In this document: positions 42,301-45,611 of the stretch, in pieces
How positions within the stretch are numbered: the first letter of the stretch is position 1
Layout of the letters: every line of letters begins with the position of its first letter
NCBI GenBank assembly: GCA_028279685.1
Contig: JANQNG010000053.1
Location: 12,347-76,346, forward strand
Reading direction: 5' to 3'
DNA from: Candidatus Nanoarchaeia archaeon
Lineage (GTDB): Archaea > Nanobdellota > Nanobdellia > Woesearchaeales > SKIA01
DNA: 64,000 bases
Made by a program: the position numbers and the translations under genes
Notes under the pieces: generated by a model
What the model was told of the DNA's origin: nothing
The model's input: only the letters and a program-made list of their open reading frames with translations
The model's database searches: none

Positions 42301-43181
42301 GCGCGAATGAGTATAATGTCACTTGCAATGGCACCATTGTTGAAGGTAATGGAACAAATTATACCTGTTCCTATGACTCAACACTGGATAAATACTATAT
42401 CACAGGGTTGCAGCATTCAGGAGTAATTGAAGTTGAAGCTGTAGACACAAGTGGCGATGGAGATGATGATACCACGACAACCACTGGCGGTGGTGGAGGT
42501 GGCGGCGGAGGCGGCTCCGGTGGAGGAGGCGCATCTCAAGGAGGTAATGGAACAGCTAAGATTTATTTTACGATGCCACAAGGAGGTCAGTATTATACCA
42601 AAGAGGTACATGATGATCTAATTGCGATAACTGAAGTTGAACTCTATGCAAGAGAGACAACAGGCAATGCAGTGCTTACTATAGCAGTGGATGATTCTTT
42701 TAATCTTGCATTGGAGAATGTCATAATATATCAAGTATTGACTATGGATTTGACTTCTGATGATCTTGTCAATCCTAAGATAACATTCACAGTACCAAAA
42801 TCATGGACCAATGAAATGCAGCTAGATAAAAATACGATCTCACTATATTCTCGAATAGATGGTGTTTGGACGCCAGGAGAAACAGTCATCAGAAGTGAGA
42901 ATAATAACAATATAACATATGTAACACAATTAGACACTATTTATTCGCTAGTATTAATAGGGGGACTTATGCAAACTATTGAAGAACCAGAACCTGTTGA
43001 AGAGGTAAGAGAAGCCATAGTTGACGATGAATCTGAAAAGAAAGGACTTCCTGCATTACTCAGATTGCCAAATAAGACAGTCACTGCGCTAATATGGTTT
43101 ATAGTCCTATTGCTGATCTTGATCATTACAGGAATCATTCTCAATGCGCACAGAAGAAAGAGGGAGAGAGAAATAGCATAA
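21309..43181 (+). CDS. giant (7290 aa) multidomain N-glycosylated surface protein / putative adhesin with embedded subtilisin
   Basis: Uninterrupted 21.9-kb ORF with signal peptide, hundreds of NxS/T sequons, DUF11-like repeats, beta-helix, S8 peptidase, cadherin-like array, TSP3 repeats and C-terminal TM anchor; TTG start. Confidence 0.9.
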   Translation: MNTEINNRLFSLYLVFLLLFAPSIHAATLSGTIYSPTDEFASGYNISITQQSIVLNTTTNGSGYYNFTGLNEGDAYYFKLATGYWNYPFLSFFTDLSSVELINVTGNTTIDLTAYKATFVSSLPVIASDHQNGSLINVTINITNLDTIDVENYSIIFELHNDNGTEMLTDSILEGLTLLASTTQNYSIALTVPNNATEGVADLVLQVEQMQNITDNWGNYSLLQSRNITSRSITINTTSPPVPDMPPNISVLLEEPLDGSVLVNDTNVSFIFNVTSDEDSSFNVSCDFWTNASGSWTNSSGFIDITNLAANTTNISQSFWNESLGLAGSYTWNVRCWDENNLSNYAFAATNRTYNVTEPIAGIASELFNYTVQKTLMSGDPATVGDMNISFLINITNIGGTNLSTIYVNDTFDGAEIAYNYSSLTYTTLGVDSIVWDNLTNISGIEMLEPDNSILLTVNFSAIAATADTVNMVFVNASDEVGNESTSILNATANLGIVDLPGNFTPAAILINLLQPMNLFVTDNATNITFEFNVTSARENDYRVDCGLWWNVSGVWNHSGQSNITNLLANTTNLSEDSWNLTVSVPGDYEWNVYCFNATNSSEFAFAAQNNTFNVSDAGAPEMPVMINITLTQPLDNAVSDNETNISFMFDVTSDAMSAFNVNCSFWWNVSGVWADSGFENKTGLDANMTMMTTEFWNVTVPAVESYEWNVLCWDDANASEFAWAQQNRTFNITAAAIAQTEGTNITVDKSCNATVNVSDTIECLVNITSSDINNMTEVWLYDDHDFAFLNFTNQSTCPVHNYSNSPGVDGSYVNVNLTSCYGGFNLTLGNSFLVYLNFTALSGLGNETMNMVNVTFQSTNGSTFYLNASTLIMVMNDSGGMPPSESSALIVNKSILNSGNFTEGDNITYHINVTNNHSMLNMTSIFVNDTFQVSQLEYLDANVTNTSGASNFASWNDIINLAGIGSLEAGQSLSMYVNFTIVINTGEFTNTVTVNGTLESGFSEENSSTVTASAGDAGGESPTMGNYTPMWNEAKYAQNVTIDDFDFFGAPYVARDKGCGGQMQEENTSAVAGQNCHNDGMMNPSADGSIALDLGAVWVDETYDFMAWKLKGPFSDPNYHNLSVCGGNTSYAAYVVEFDVDDNISTGCSTSNMSEGCYPGSDFQIWYFPDDHNSLFAYYNGSEPSAWGPNDGGACVDGICFVANTSVNVSMNVSCTGEGITIVVNKTDLLIANPALNFETNSFNVTQATTNPIDMLTNWGGSGFIEAFFFTGPQEDVGSCFQFDNNEQGCINASDNFYCVWQDFGGGNGLCDPDFNNFQEGQACFTYDNQTACENSDIGYCEWLTNVPDPDNPGQTQNICVEQFNPFLISGGGDCDTKCFDCFSQTQCENSNANGGSEYGGCEWYIDPFNQVGFCEAKGMKFGCAENPRDCFNQTGCTDANWHWNNTWMLCAEDSLTEICFNGVDDNGDGQIDCSDNDCFEEKECGGQLNTLTGDYQGMSAEEAIMSYFFGTGDPNIIHLKDDNASENIGDLFNLTSFKVVVGPRGIGMGIGLQNMSTLSACGGSIDDHKYIYALDTDANSSSGCNLTIDGTQKEGYEYIVKYGNFSVANESGQEMYLYHCLLDQWLLKPGLVVTPPAGEDLDPGEPAIMECQTLATTPDEGAVAAVIIDKADIGNPKEDMRFFVMVANVSYNGGWNNLSNLSAVDLIENIYYTPGTIGAEPIDCFQEPTKCGAGFMQIGGGEFMPFEDCLGSGDEDIDDLVNCADPDCFFAPHCQGSQDLFDVSSDVTAPTITLAKADTFDDAAFISWTNNEPTNGSLRFYHNDSACSTLNITIIDEGLPGSFDDFKPWHGVPLDPMSLSYSLSASTTYYYKIYSTDRADNIGVSACLNFTTLGSPQNLSMVINFTPPVNDTGDFLGNLSMDLNGEPFQIDNTNSKESLFDANITLYNPSANASKNWSIELIEADIFQDMVFDFSSALLANDSGDHDENIGMDGYSWMNIAQKFGVEYIIIKIPNNGETLYHCQDNGTNCTDVTSTNGVELLETTADYTKWKIPTTLGFSTYSAGGSTNETFNLTYANLTTTTQTINTSQNTFYLVNVTNNDNVTRGYNFSLEISGSVDWAINNSAGLNNIVFAVNESQVLNVSMNSTTEGTYAFNIIGINATNASIVLNSSEDLTLTLVVTNCFRPSNSTTVVLNESTTLCAGTYNKTRFQFNADNITLDCNGAILDGQNTTSYAVQVPNGIDGTTLKNCNITRYDNAYETQFIGDPAAYDYVINNTFEENEYGVYHVNNYLVMIINNTFYDNEWGIHWGNNDFGLIQNNNFTRHNYSAIEFDSSSVIRHAAIVDNYFEENALKGWQNAIEIDGQPEDILIHNNTFINNNNSNIQASSSFAMVRFNITNNYISNVKNGTTRNAITLYDVQNFYIAHNTLLNVNGSGIYASSGTNANITIYNNTIKHGGLTSTSAGISFVIGVYNSTITDNFVENFSYPIYLYGYSGDNVVYNNIFNLSVNPAYNGNSTNQFNTTLNCSSTNIIGGSCYGGNYWANATSGQGFSQSCTDADRDGICDSTYNISGVVDYHPLTNVGNDTYSDPYEYDDVYTSAKGVFTDGTWQFHNLSNASDIDWVNFSASDEEAYLIDTTNFSVTGTGAGQLDLYMTIYNASMTALETNDDANSGTSNARIKFIAPYDGIFYVKVQDYDSTKTYGNLSYAIQVEKQGRLVVVPVSHAAQSSSNYTLHTTFNVTTAVTCQGGPCREVVAILDPEPKINKKILDDIEKKGKANVIIKLKEKEEKKEPFFGIFASDKDVKEEFLDSINTRKLGEEEPQGFFAGVARALGIEQEPDLIVQHTYDVVDAVSGEITSESIEALLENDLIESIEYSVPVFASLFDTVDLINASTMQNYAINSTYMNGTGVTVCVIDSGINYTHPDFGSCSLTSDINDGSCPTVIGGINYCVDEACTSTDMNPIDTYGHGSHVAGIIASRDATYTGVAPGAKIVAVKALNSSGQASDFSNILAGINYCVANATTYNISVITMSLGSTVYTQHFCDEDYSSTRDAIQSAIDAGIMVVIASGNENKGYDDPLGISYPACIRNATSVGSTTKADAVSTFTNRAYTLDLMAPGGSIGATDYDGTHVSMSGTSMATPHVSGAAAIMQQYARELYDRNITALDIETRLRMFGVNIADSNSGLTYARIDVDNATLGKGIIPNTTGAVPFYIVADAGHAMQNPFWIGTMSDGETINTSWMVNATGNFTAYEFFSIYQSDFYESNTSHWEINITDMPNTPPYRNISPVTSANEDTLYYNDVQGLDNESHSISYSLNLIPTDSNASIDTNGSITWTPDNDDAAIQNYTFNLTLTDQLGDSSNYQYNVTVSNVNDAPTITSSPTSTATENTLYTYNATATDIDPTNDTMTYALQINDTNASMNSSGHFELYVNSTEVGITYNFTINVTDGNGGWDNQTWNVTVEDVNDAITISTTPNYNATEDALYHYDVNYTDPDTPDDDVSFYLTTYPTGMIINISDGNITWTPDNDDIGNNTVVVFAVENSTSEHYNDTHTFGVWVANTNDAPSINVTPNASATEDSLYTSTFTASDVDPTNDTMSYYLQSNTTNATINSSSGIFYFFPLQADVNIMHNFTVNVTDGNAGWDSLDFNITTSNVNDAPVISTAATTRSAEEETEFWLDVDATDEDSDTLTYSISTYPTSMVINSSTGNITWTPTNTQAIAYTHAVVVNVSDGNGGEDTLSFNVTVNNTNDIPVLNSTHNTTAIEDLEYTYLFSMNDSDNKSDSWNYTLISGPGNMTIGLDSGLIQFSPNNYDAINGSYIININVTEYNSSGANMSYQNISFNLTITNVNDAPSFTNEPSGQQSVLEDSAYNYDFDATDLDPTSDTLTYSLNISVSTNISAVTVGSSNGNLTWTPTNDEVGTITLQVDVSDGNGGSDNVTFTVLVNNTNDAPVISTTSPTSVATQGSEYTQQINASDADSGDSIMYQLNVSPSGMSMNDTGYITWTPNSTHGGNTYSVTVVVNDTSNAQDNLSWDITVNDVNDPPNITSSPSVNATEDVSYTYNVIATDPENDTLSYYLTIYPSGMTVTISTGQVSWTPTNSDIGFNNVTLQVIENATADHYSTTQNWSVYVSNVNDAPVLSGIPDQSFAEDSSSNVSINLSAYASDSDGDTLTYAIQSESNEGLVNCSVNSTTTLITCTDPSANENGASTVVANVTDGTSWDTDTFTITVTSVNDVPTFTDVPNTTITLTQDVAYSFDVNATDNDTNDTVADVLNYYDNTSLFNINPSTGIISFTPSSDDIGNHSVLIWTTDQSSANDTYAFTVTVQDANDAPTGTPIPNMQWNEDTNASINLSEYFTDADGDVLNFTAAVHNDTQNITITINNETGIALLVSAANWYGKRNVTFNASDPSAAVASIYVNLTVSSVNDLPVVAVSNISLQEDSAVQFINISGNVSDVDQSDLTAIVWAIDSSNTFSADLGTAQIINNTYLRIALTANAFGNDTIRLKATDTPGGSGYQTLLINVTGVNDAPSTPTIVIQPSAPTPTDDLTCSRTQNATDIDEDTIVYFIDWYKDGVLQTSYTNTSTVSSAATSSDELWSCVMTAFDGTVNGTAANTSTTIGNNPPTIPTIAFTPSLPYTSDMLYCNVTTNSTDADNDSIDYLYEFYKDNILNFTNQTNVTYAPLPSALTAKGEVWKCSVRAYDNKSYSNSTSSTRTIINTEPVVTVNSPVSGTPSVVEPDYQEFNLSVYDADNDFISFTWTKDAVQMVENNSNETFSSYSYYNNYTEAGNHTIVVSASDGQGSDTFTWTLIVNNTNRAVALDAIPAQTMTEDTAFSLTITANDSDTDDTLVYGENTSLFAIDTSTGVISFTPDNDDAAIPSKVYNVNITVTDGVSTDWEVVDFTVNNVEDAPVLSNIGSQTALTTIDYVLEMSASDADNSTITYNVTNLTTVTFLADGALNFTSSTGVFNLSANASHVGTYLLNFSVTDGNTTSDDSEIVNITIIDSNTAPNITSSFPSSNTPSINEGSSQQFWVTVYDNETTPGVAWYVDDVFNNSDTSWTFTTDYSSAGSYTIKAIVSDGEQSVQKQWVLTVLNVNRDPILSAIADQTATEDQEFSLTISASDADGDSLTFYDNTSLFNINPLTGAITFTPTNAQSTGDRVIKISVADQHGAIDTQDVTFTVQNTNDAPVLSAVGPQTAQSDVLFTRYIYASDIDLGITGVTESLTYSDDTSLFDVTTINSTLGVINFTPSRNDIGTHFIRISVTDSSDAVSNEYIFFDVLDSNSPPVFTNISLSGAIEDNLTSNATAVYSITETTAALTFNSTAYDPDGSQISTTWKIDDVLVSSTSGYVFTPSYTSAGNYTLVLNVTDGLAYVNRTYTIHVSNVNRDPTISALSNQSLTEDTLFTYQINGTDADNEPLTYAINDTRIPIDPQTGLINFTPTQLLLGKSSTTKMFELNVTVKDNVSGTNNGEVSAFVNFTLTNVNDEPEQVANVPDALFFEDQTFSINLSYYFDDPENDTLTYGVYATPVNITTTKIGSDSYNLTPAENFYGENNITFNVSDGALEIESNIVILTVQSMNDLPSINTSNNNLDIYLNEDSGTTSFNLTGNLTDLETPLSSLVLSISQDNRFSTELGSAVIEDKNITFTLASNAYGNDTILLRVTDADGGYSTATMFVNITNTADVPSAPSIDLVPDNATANDNLTCNITANSTDPDGDTVSYVREWYSGANVNSLSLQSDLTGNETITSSNTSGSEVWRCNVYATDGTLNSSTVSDIIITDNTPPTQPGIVIHPSTTVSRLATYTTDSLICNVTTTSNDTGIIYYNYTWYKDGLEQTSTRTTVSFVMLSSGSTSKDEQWRCGVKAEDDQGSYSQPASYVTRILDSTPTVDSRSPSDDNVTITEGQNTTFIYVVADADNDAISYAWELDDVAVSSVSNYTYSASYTSAGVHVLEVVASDGINELSASWDITVTEVARAPVISTVLEDTITVFEDESYQVDIVASDPDGDALTFYDNTGLFDIGQTSGRINFTATQDHADTGSYSVIITVTDGNNNDTLSTTFSIVNINDAPVLRNIGDQTARSDRQYTLRTSASDDDGDTMTYSMIGLDASYLNVSTGILNFTPSREDIGTSNVTIIVSDGNGGQDSETFSFTVLDSNHPPFIVSATPNSSNVTINELESQTFGIVASDPDNTTPSITWYRNGTLIAGEIGNTFTFTSNYSDAGDYLYEAQASDGIMTVTQSWILTVLNLNRDPFFNDFANQNLTEDIAYSMTVTAVDPDGNDLRYYSNSTYFIIDTDNGTISFTPTQSMLGYNESVSEEVGIFAEDGNGGFGSTSILFTINNVNDAPVLSPVGTLTVLSGETLSMQLSATDVDSLSLSYADSGFDGFNMNNSGYINHTFTAQDLGSHEVLLTVDDGDGGVDAEVVIINVLDSNQYTPSVDSFTPASNLSINETESVAFTVSTSDGDGTTPTIRWLVNNEIVKVETASSSTYYYRTTYDTGAGTNNITVNVSDGSKSSTETRAVTVLNKNRAPIIIPLGNQYVIEDNWHYFRFDVVDPDEGDTLFFHANSTLFEITSIGENIIEYSFFPTQADVGVHEMTARAMDGTTVTTLVFNITVVASNDDPIITTIPALFCDQDDGTDCAYDVEASDSDDTDLIYEAFTDLFTINPSTGAFSFDDSNVQAGYYEIMVRVSDDEGAFDFDILRLFIADTNEYPRIDKVMPTNSTQNISESESIDFVIDAWDPDGNVPTVTWLVDDVTQDRQALQERFTFRTNYTQSGTYTITARAYDGNYANTTSWTVIVNNVRDSDNDYIPDYYPNTTLWDNCRYVYNPGQVDLDDDNEGDICENNLDGDTVPDDRDNVLGDANNLQSDSFDHFSLHIGGGDNLNQEFDGSNNVRFFETEYSLANGAATSAPLIDMDFNFSNGTLDMGNFSMDQQAGGASEGSFLAQGFPSGETKTIYVDSILEDSTVCIEDAEITSIASISTGCAGANEYNVTCNGTIVEGNGTNYTCSYDSTLDKYYITGLQHSGVIEVEAVDTSGDGDDDTTTTTGGGGGGGGGGSGGGGASQGGNGTAKIYFTMPQGGQYYTKEVHDDLIAITEVELYARETTGNAVLTIAVDDSFNLALENVIIYQVLTMDLTSDDLVNPKITFTVPKSWTNEMQLDKNTISLYSRIDGVWTPGETVIRSENNNNITYVTQLDTIYSLVLIGGLMQTIEEPEPVEEVREAIVDDESEKKGLPALLRLPNKTVTALIWFIVLLLILIITGIILNAHRRKREREIA
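22020..23520 (+). other. three ~120-aa N-terminal repeats with conserved W/C motif
   Basis: NVS..FWWNVSGVW...YEWNV.CWD..N.SEFA.A.QN.TFN.T recurs three times, interleaved with DUF11-like segments. Confidence 0.5.
25100..25790 (+). other. cysteine-rich module (C-x-C-x-W repeats, possible EGF/dockerin-like)
   Basis: About 28 Cys in about 230 aa in recurring patterns (CINASDNFYCVWQDFGG, CENSDIGYCEWL, CFNGVDDNGDGQIDCSDNDCF). Confidence 0.45.
27900..28900 (+). other. right-handed parallel beta-helix (pectate-lyase-like) domain
   Basis: About 15 coils with N-rich periodic motifs (NNTF.NN, IxNNxF, NITNNYI). Confidence 0.6.
29080..29460 (+). other. pre-peptidase C-terminal (PPC)-like domain
   Basis: DPYEYDDVYTSA..DWVNFSA..LDLYMTIYNAS..NARIKFIAPYDGIFYVKVQDY..YAIQV. 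Confidence 0.5.
29560..29960 (+). other. subtilisin propeptide (inhibitor I9)-like segment
   Basis: K/E-rich segment ending VQHTYDVVDAVSGEITSESIEALLENDLIESIEYSVPV immediately N-terminal of the S8 domain. Confidence 0.5.
30010..30910 (+). other. subtilisin-like serine peptidase (S8) catalytic domain
   Basis: Full triad: VCVIDSGI (Asp codon about 30069), HGSHVAG (His about 30224), GTSMATPHVSG (Ser about 30730). Confidence 0.85.
31130..41760 (+). repeat. array of roughly thirty ~95-aa cadherin-like (Ig-fold) repeats
   Basis: Repeat junctions carry N(V/T)ND(A/P)P(V/T), e.g. VSNVNDAPTI, VQNTNDAPVL; each repeat has D.DG/D.D...T(Y/F) Ca-site-like motifs. Confidence 0.75.
34900..35500 (+). other. 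PKD/Ig-like W-C module triplet (first of two)
   Basis: Three tandem about-65-aa units with L.C....D.D.D...Y...WYKDG....W.C...A.D; second set at about 38380-38990. Confidence 0.45.
41745..41935 (+). other. thrombospondin type-3-like calcium-binding repeats
   Basis: DSDNDYIPDYYPN..DNCRYVYNPGQVDLDDDNEGDICENNLDGDTVPDDRDN. Confidence 0.6.
42484..42533 (+). repeat. GC-rich GGN codon run encoding poly-Gly linker
   Basis: ggcggtggtggaggtggcggcggaggcggctccggtggaggaggc encodes GGGGGGGGGGSGGGG after a TTTT (Thr) run. Confidence 0.8.
43085..43181 (+). other. C-terminal transmembrane anchor with basic tail
   Basis: LIWFIVLLLILIITGIILNAHRRKREREIA-stop. Confidence 0.7.
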
Positions 43182-43224
43182 TATTTATAAACAACGAAGC
43201 TAAATATGATTTGGGTGGTATAGC

Positions 43225-44661
43225 ATGAGATCGATAATCCTGAGTTTAATCTTTTTGATTCTGACATTGCCTTTAGGGTTTGCCCTCTGGGAAGAGCCTA
43301 CATCATCGAATTTGATGACTGCTGGACAAGAATTTGAGAGCAATGGCTTCACCGCAGTGGTTTTATCTGTCGATGAAGACAATGCTGATGTTCAAGTATT
43401 AGGACCAAGTGGAAAAATTGTGGGGAGAGGGATTATAACAATGGAACAAGACCTCACTATAGAAGAGGAAGTAAGGATCAAAGCTGAAGAATTCGTTTAT
43501 CGATATGAAAAATATCATGTTCTTTTCTCTTTGGAATCATGGATTGATGGAGAGATACTTGATGTTCATGCGCCTGAACAGTTTGAGTTGGATAGAAAAT
43601 ATGATGTTGAAATAGATATTAGAAATACAGGTCCTGCGGATGCTTCTTATGTTATGATGCTTGAGTATGATGATACTGAACTCTGGAGTGACGCTACATC
43701 ACGTCGTATATCTCTCGGACAGAACGAAAGAGGAACTATATCTTTTGAAATAAGACCGATCAAAGATATTACTAAGCCTATCGATTTCGTTCTTATTTCT
43801 GCAGATGAAGAATTAGGAAGAAAAAGTATATCAGGATTCTCTTTTGTGGAATCCCTTATCGCAATCAAAGAAGTTGTGTTTTCAGAAATTATGCAAACCA
43901 ACGGAGAATATCCGGTCACTATTGTCGTGGAGAATAATGATGAAGTTACAAAATCAATGAGTATTAAGCTTATTGGTGAATATTTTATCCTTAATACACT
44001 TGCGGGACCTGGAGACTTATTGAATGTCAATGTTCCTGCACATTCAACAGGAGAAGTTACGTTCTACGTTAAACCATTAAACAAAGGCATGCAGAACCTT
44101 AATGTTAAGCTTTATGATGATAAATTATTTGCAGAAGAATCATTAGTTGTGGTTGATGTGCGTGACACGAATGTTGGATATATAGGAACGATTACCATTC
44201 CAGAGAATATGGTCAAGGGAGAAGAAAATGAAATTACTATTGTTGTACACAATGCAGGGGCGGAGGAGAGTGAACTTGTTGTGAAAATCATAGCAGCTTC
44301 ACTTGATTATGATGTTTCTGAAAAGATGATGATTCTTGAGGGACAGTCTTCTAAGGAAACTTCTTTTACCGTGAAGCCTTTGCTTACTGGTGAGATTCCT
44401 TTTCAGATAGTATTATATCGTAATGATGAGAAGATTGATACAGAAAGTGCTGTTATTAACGTGAATAAAGGAACAACAACATCACCATCAATACCAACTG
44501 AAGATGATGAAGAATCTGAACTAGATATTGTTGTTTGTCCAGAACCTGAGCCTTGCAGCACAGGATTCAAGAAGGCATTTATCACTTCATTAGTTGTTAA
44601 TTTTCTTCTGTTGATTATCATTGGTATCAATCATTTAAGAAAAATGGGAATTACACTCTAG
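43225..44661 (+). CDS. CARDB-repeat surface protein with C-terminal TM anchor
   Basis: Signal peptide; several about-100-aa repeats with NxG..A motifs (DIRNTGPADAS, VVHNAGAEES); ends STGFKKAFITSLVVNFLLLIIIGINHLRK. Confidence 0.6.
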   Translation: MRSIILSLIFLILTLPLGFALWEEPTSSNLMTAGQEFESNGFTAVVLSVDEDNADVQVLGPSGKIVGRGIITMEQDLTIEEEVRIKAEEFVYRYEKYHVLFSLESWIDGEILDVHAPEQFELDRKYDVEIDIRNTGPADASYVMMLEYDDTELWSDATSRRISLGQNERGTISFEIRPIKDITKPIDFVLISADEELGRKSISGFSFVESLIAIKEVVFSEIMQTNGEYPVTIVVENNDEVTKSMSIKLIGEYFILNTLAGPGDLLNVNVPAHSTGEVTFYVKPLNKGMQNLNVKLYDDKLFAEESLVVVDVRDTNVGYIGTITIPENMVKGEENEITIVVHNAGAEESELVVKIIAASLDYDVSEKMMILEGQSSKETSFTVKPLLTGEIPFQIVLYRNDEKIDTESAVINVNKGTTTSPSIPTEDDEESELDIVVCPEPEPCSTGFKKAFITSLVVNFLLLIIIGINHLRKMGITL

Positions 44662-45581
44662 AACGTGTAGTGTTTTTCTTCAAAATTTTTTATTTTTCCT
44701 TTTTCGACAGGAATTCCTTGTTCCTGCAATAATCTCTTCTTCTTAAGTATTGGTTTTCCAGTGGTTTTTCCCATAAAACCTCCTAAAGAACCATCAATCT
44801 TGACAACAAGATGGCAGGGAATGATAGGTGCATAAGGATTATTTCTCATCACTTGTCCTATTGCTTGATATGCTTTTGTGTTTAATGCGAGAGCAAGATC
44901 TTTGTATGTTGTGACTTTTTTCTTAGGCACAGAAAGTAATTTGAGAAATACTTTGTTGCGTAAGGTTTTGCCTAAGAGTTCATCTTTTAGTATCTTCAAG
45001 AAAACAAAAATGCTTTTCTTGTCTTTGTTGATAATACTGTCTTTATAGCGTTTTGCTATGGCAAGCAGATTCTCCTTGTCAAATAGAATAGCTCTCTTTG
45101 TTAAAGCCTGAAAAACAGTATCTTTGATAAGATAGGAACAGAACTGAGTTACGTTTTTAACTTTTTTAGAATATCTGCATCGCTCAAAGTCAATCATCAC
45201 AGCTTCATATTTAGCATCAATAATGATGTGCTTATACGGATTAGTCATCTCGAATTTATTGATATGGAGGTCGTCCATCAGTGCGCATTGATCAAGAATC
45301 TGGAAAAGGACATTAAGCATCTGTCGTTTTTTTGCTTCCCCTTGCAGGAATTGCTCGATAGTTAATCCATCAATAAATTCCATAATAATCTGATCTTTAC
45401 TACTGCTGATCAGTCTTGGACCAATATGATGCTTATTAAGAATCTTCAGGAATTTTGATTCATTATACAGCGTATTAGTTGAGCTTCTCGGATTATGGGT
45501 TTTGATAATGACTTTCCTCCCATTTTGCTCTTCAAGCTTTACAATCCCTCGTTTTCCTTTTGCGTAGAAGTTGTCTATCAT
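44658..45581 (-). CDS. fusion protein: Bud32/RIO-like small kinase fold + MGMT (O6-alkylguanine-DNA alkyltransferase) DNA-binding domain
   Basis: N-terminal about 200 aa resemble small protein kinases (GKRGIVKL, IIMEFIDG, IDFE) with divergent catalytic loop; C-terminal about 90 aa match MGMT (AYQAIGQVMRNNPYAPIIPCHLVV...GGFMG). Confidence 0.6.
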   Translation of the reverse strand: MIDNFYAKGKRGIVKLEEQNGRKVIIKTHNPRSSTNTLYNESKFLKILNKHHIGPRLISSSKDQIIMEFIDGLTIEQFLQGEAKKRQMLNVLFQILDQCALMDDLHINKFEMTNPYKHIIIDAKYEAVMIDFERCRYSKKVKNVTQFCSYLIKDTVFQALTKRAILFDKENLLAIAKRYKDSIINKDKKSIFVFLKILKDELLGKTLRNKVFLKLLSVPKKKVTTYKDLALALNTKAYQAIGQVMRNNPYAPIIPCHLVVKIDGSLGGFMGKTTGKPILKKKRLLQEQGIPVEKGKIKNFEEKHYTF

Positions 45582-45611
45582 ATTGAAGTAAGAAAGAAGT
45601 AGTTAATAAAG

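Noticed and set aside
42484-42533. Possible CRISPR-like or microsatellite array
   Set aside because: It is an in-frame GGN codon run inside a CDS with no spacer-repeat structure. No CRISPR array was seen anywhere in the window.
21790-42937. Dozens of 60-200-aa ORFs on both strands inside the giant gene (for example 25035-25640 minus, 23199-23528 minus)
   Set aside because: All lie within or antisense to the continuous 7290-aa reading frame, which has strong domain content. They are shadow ORFs.
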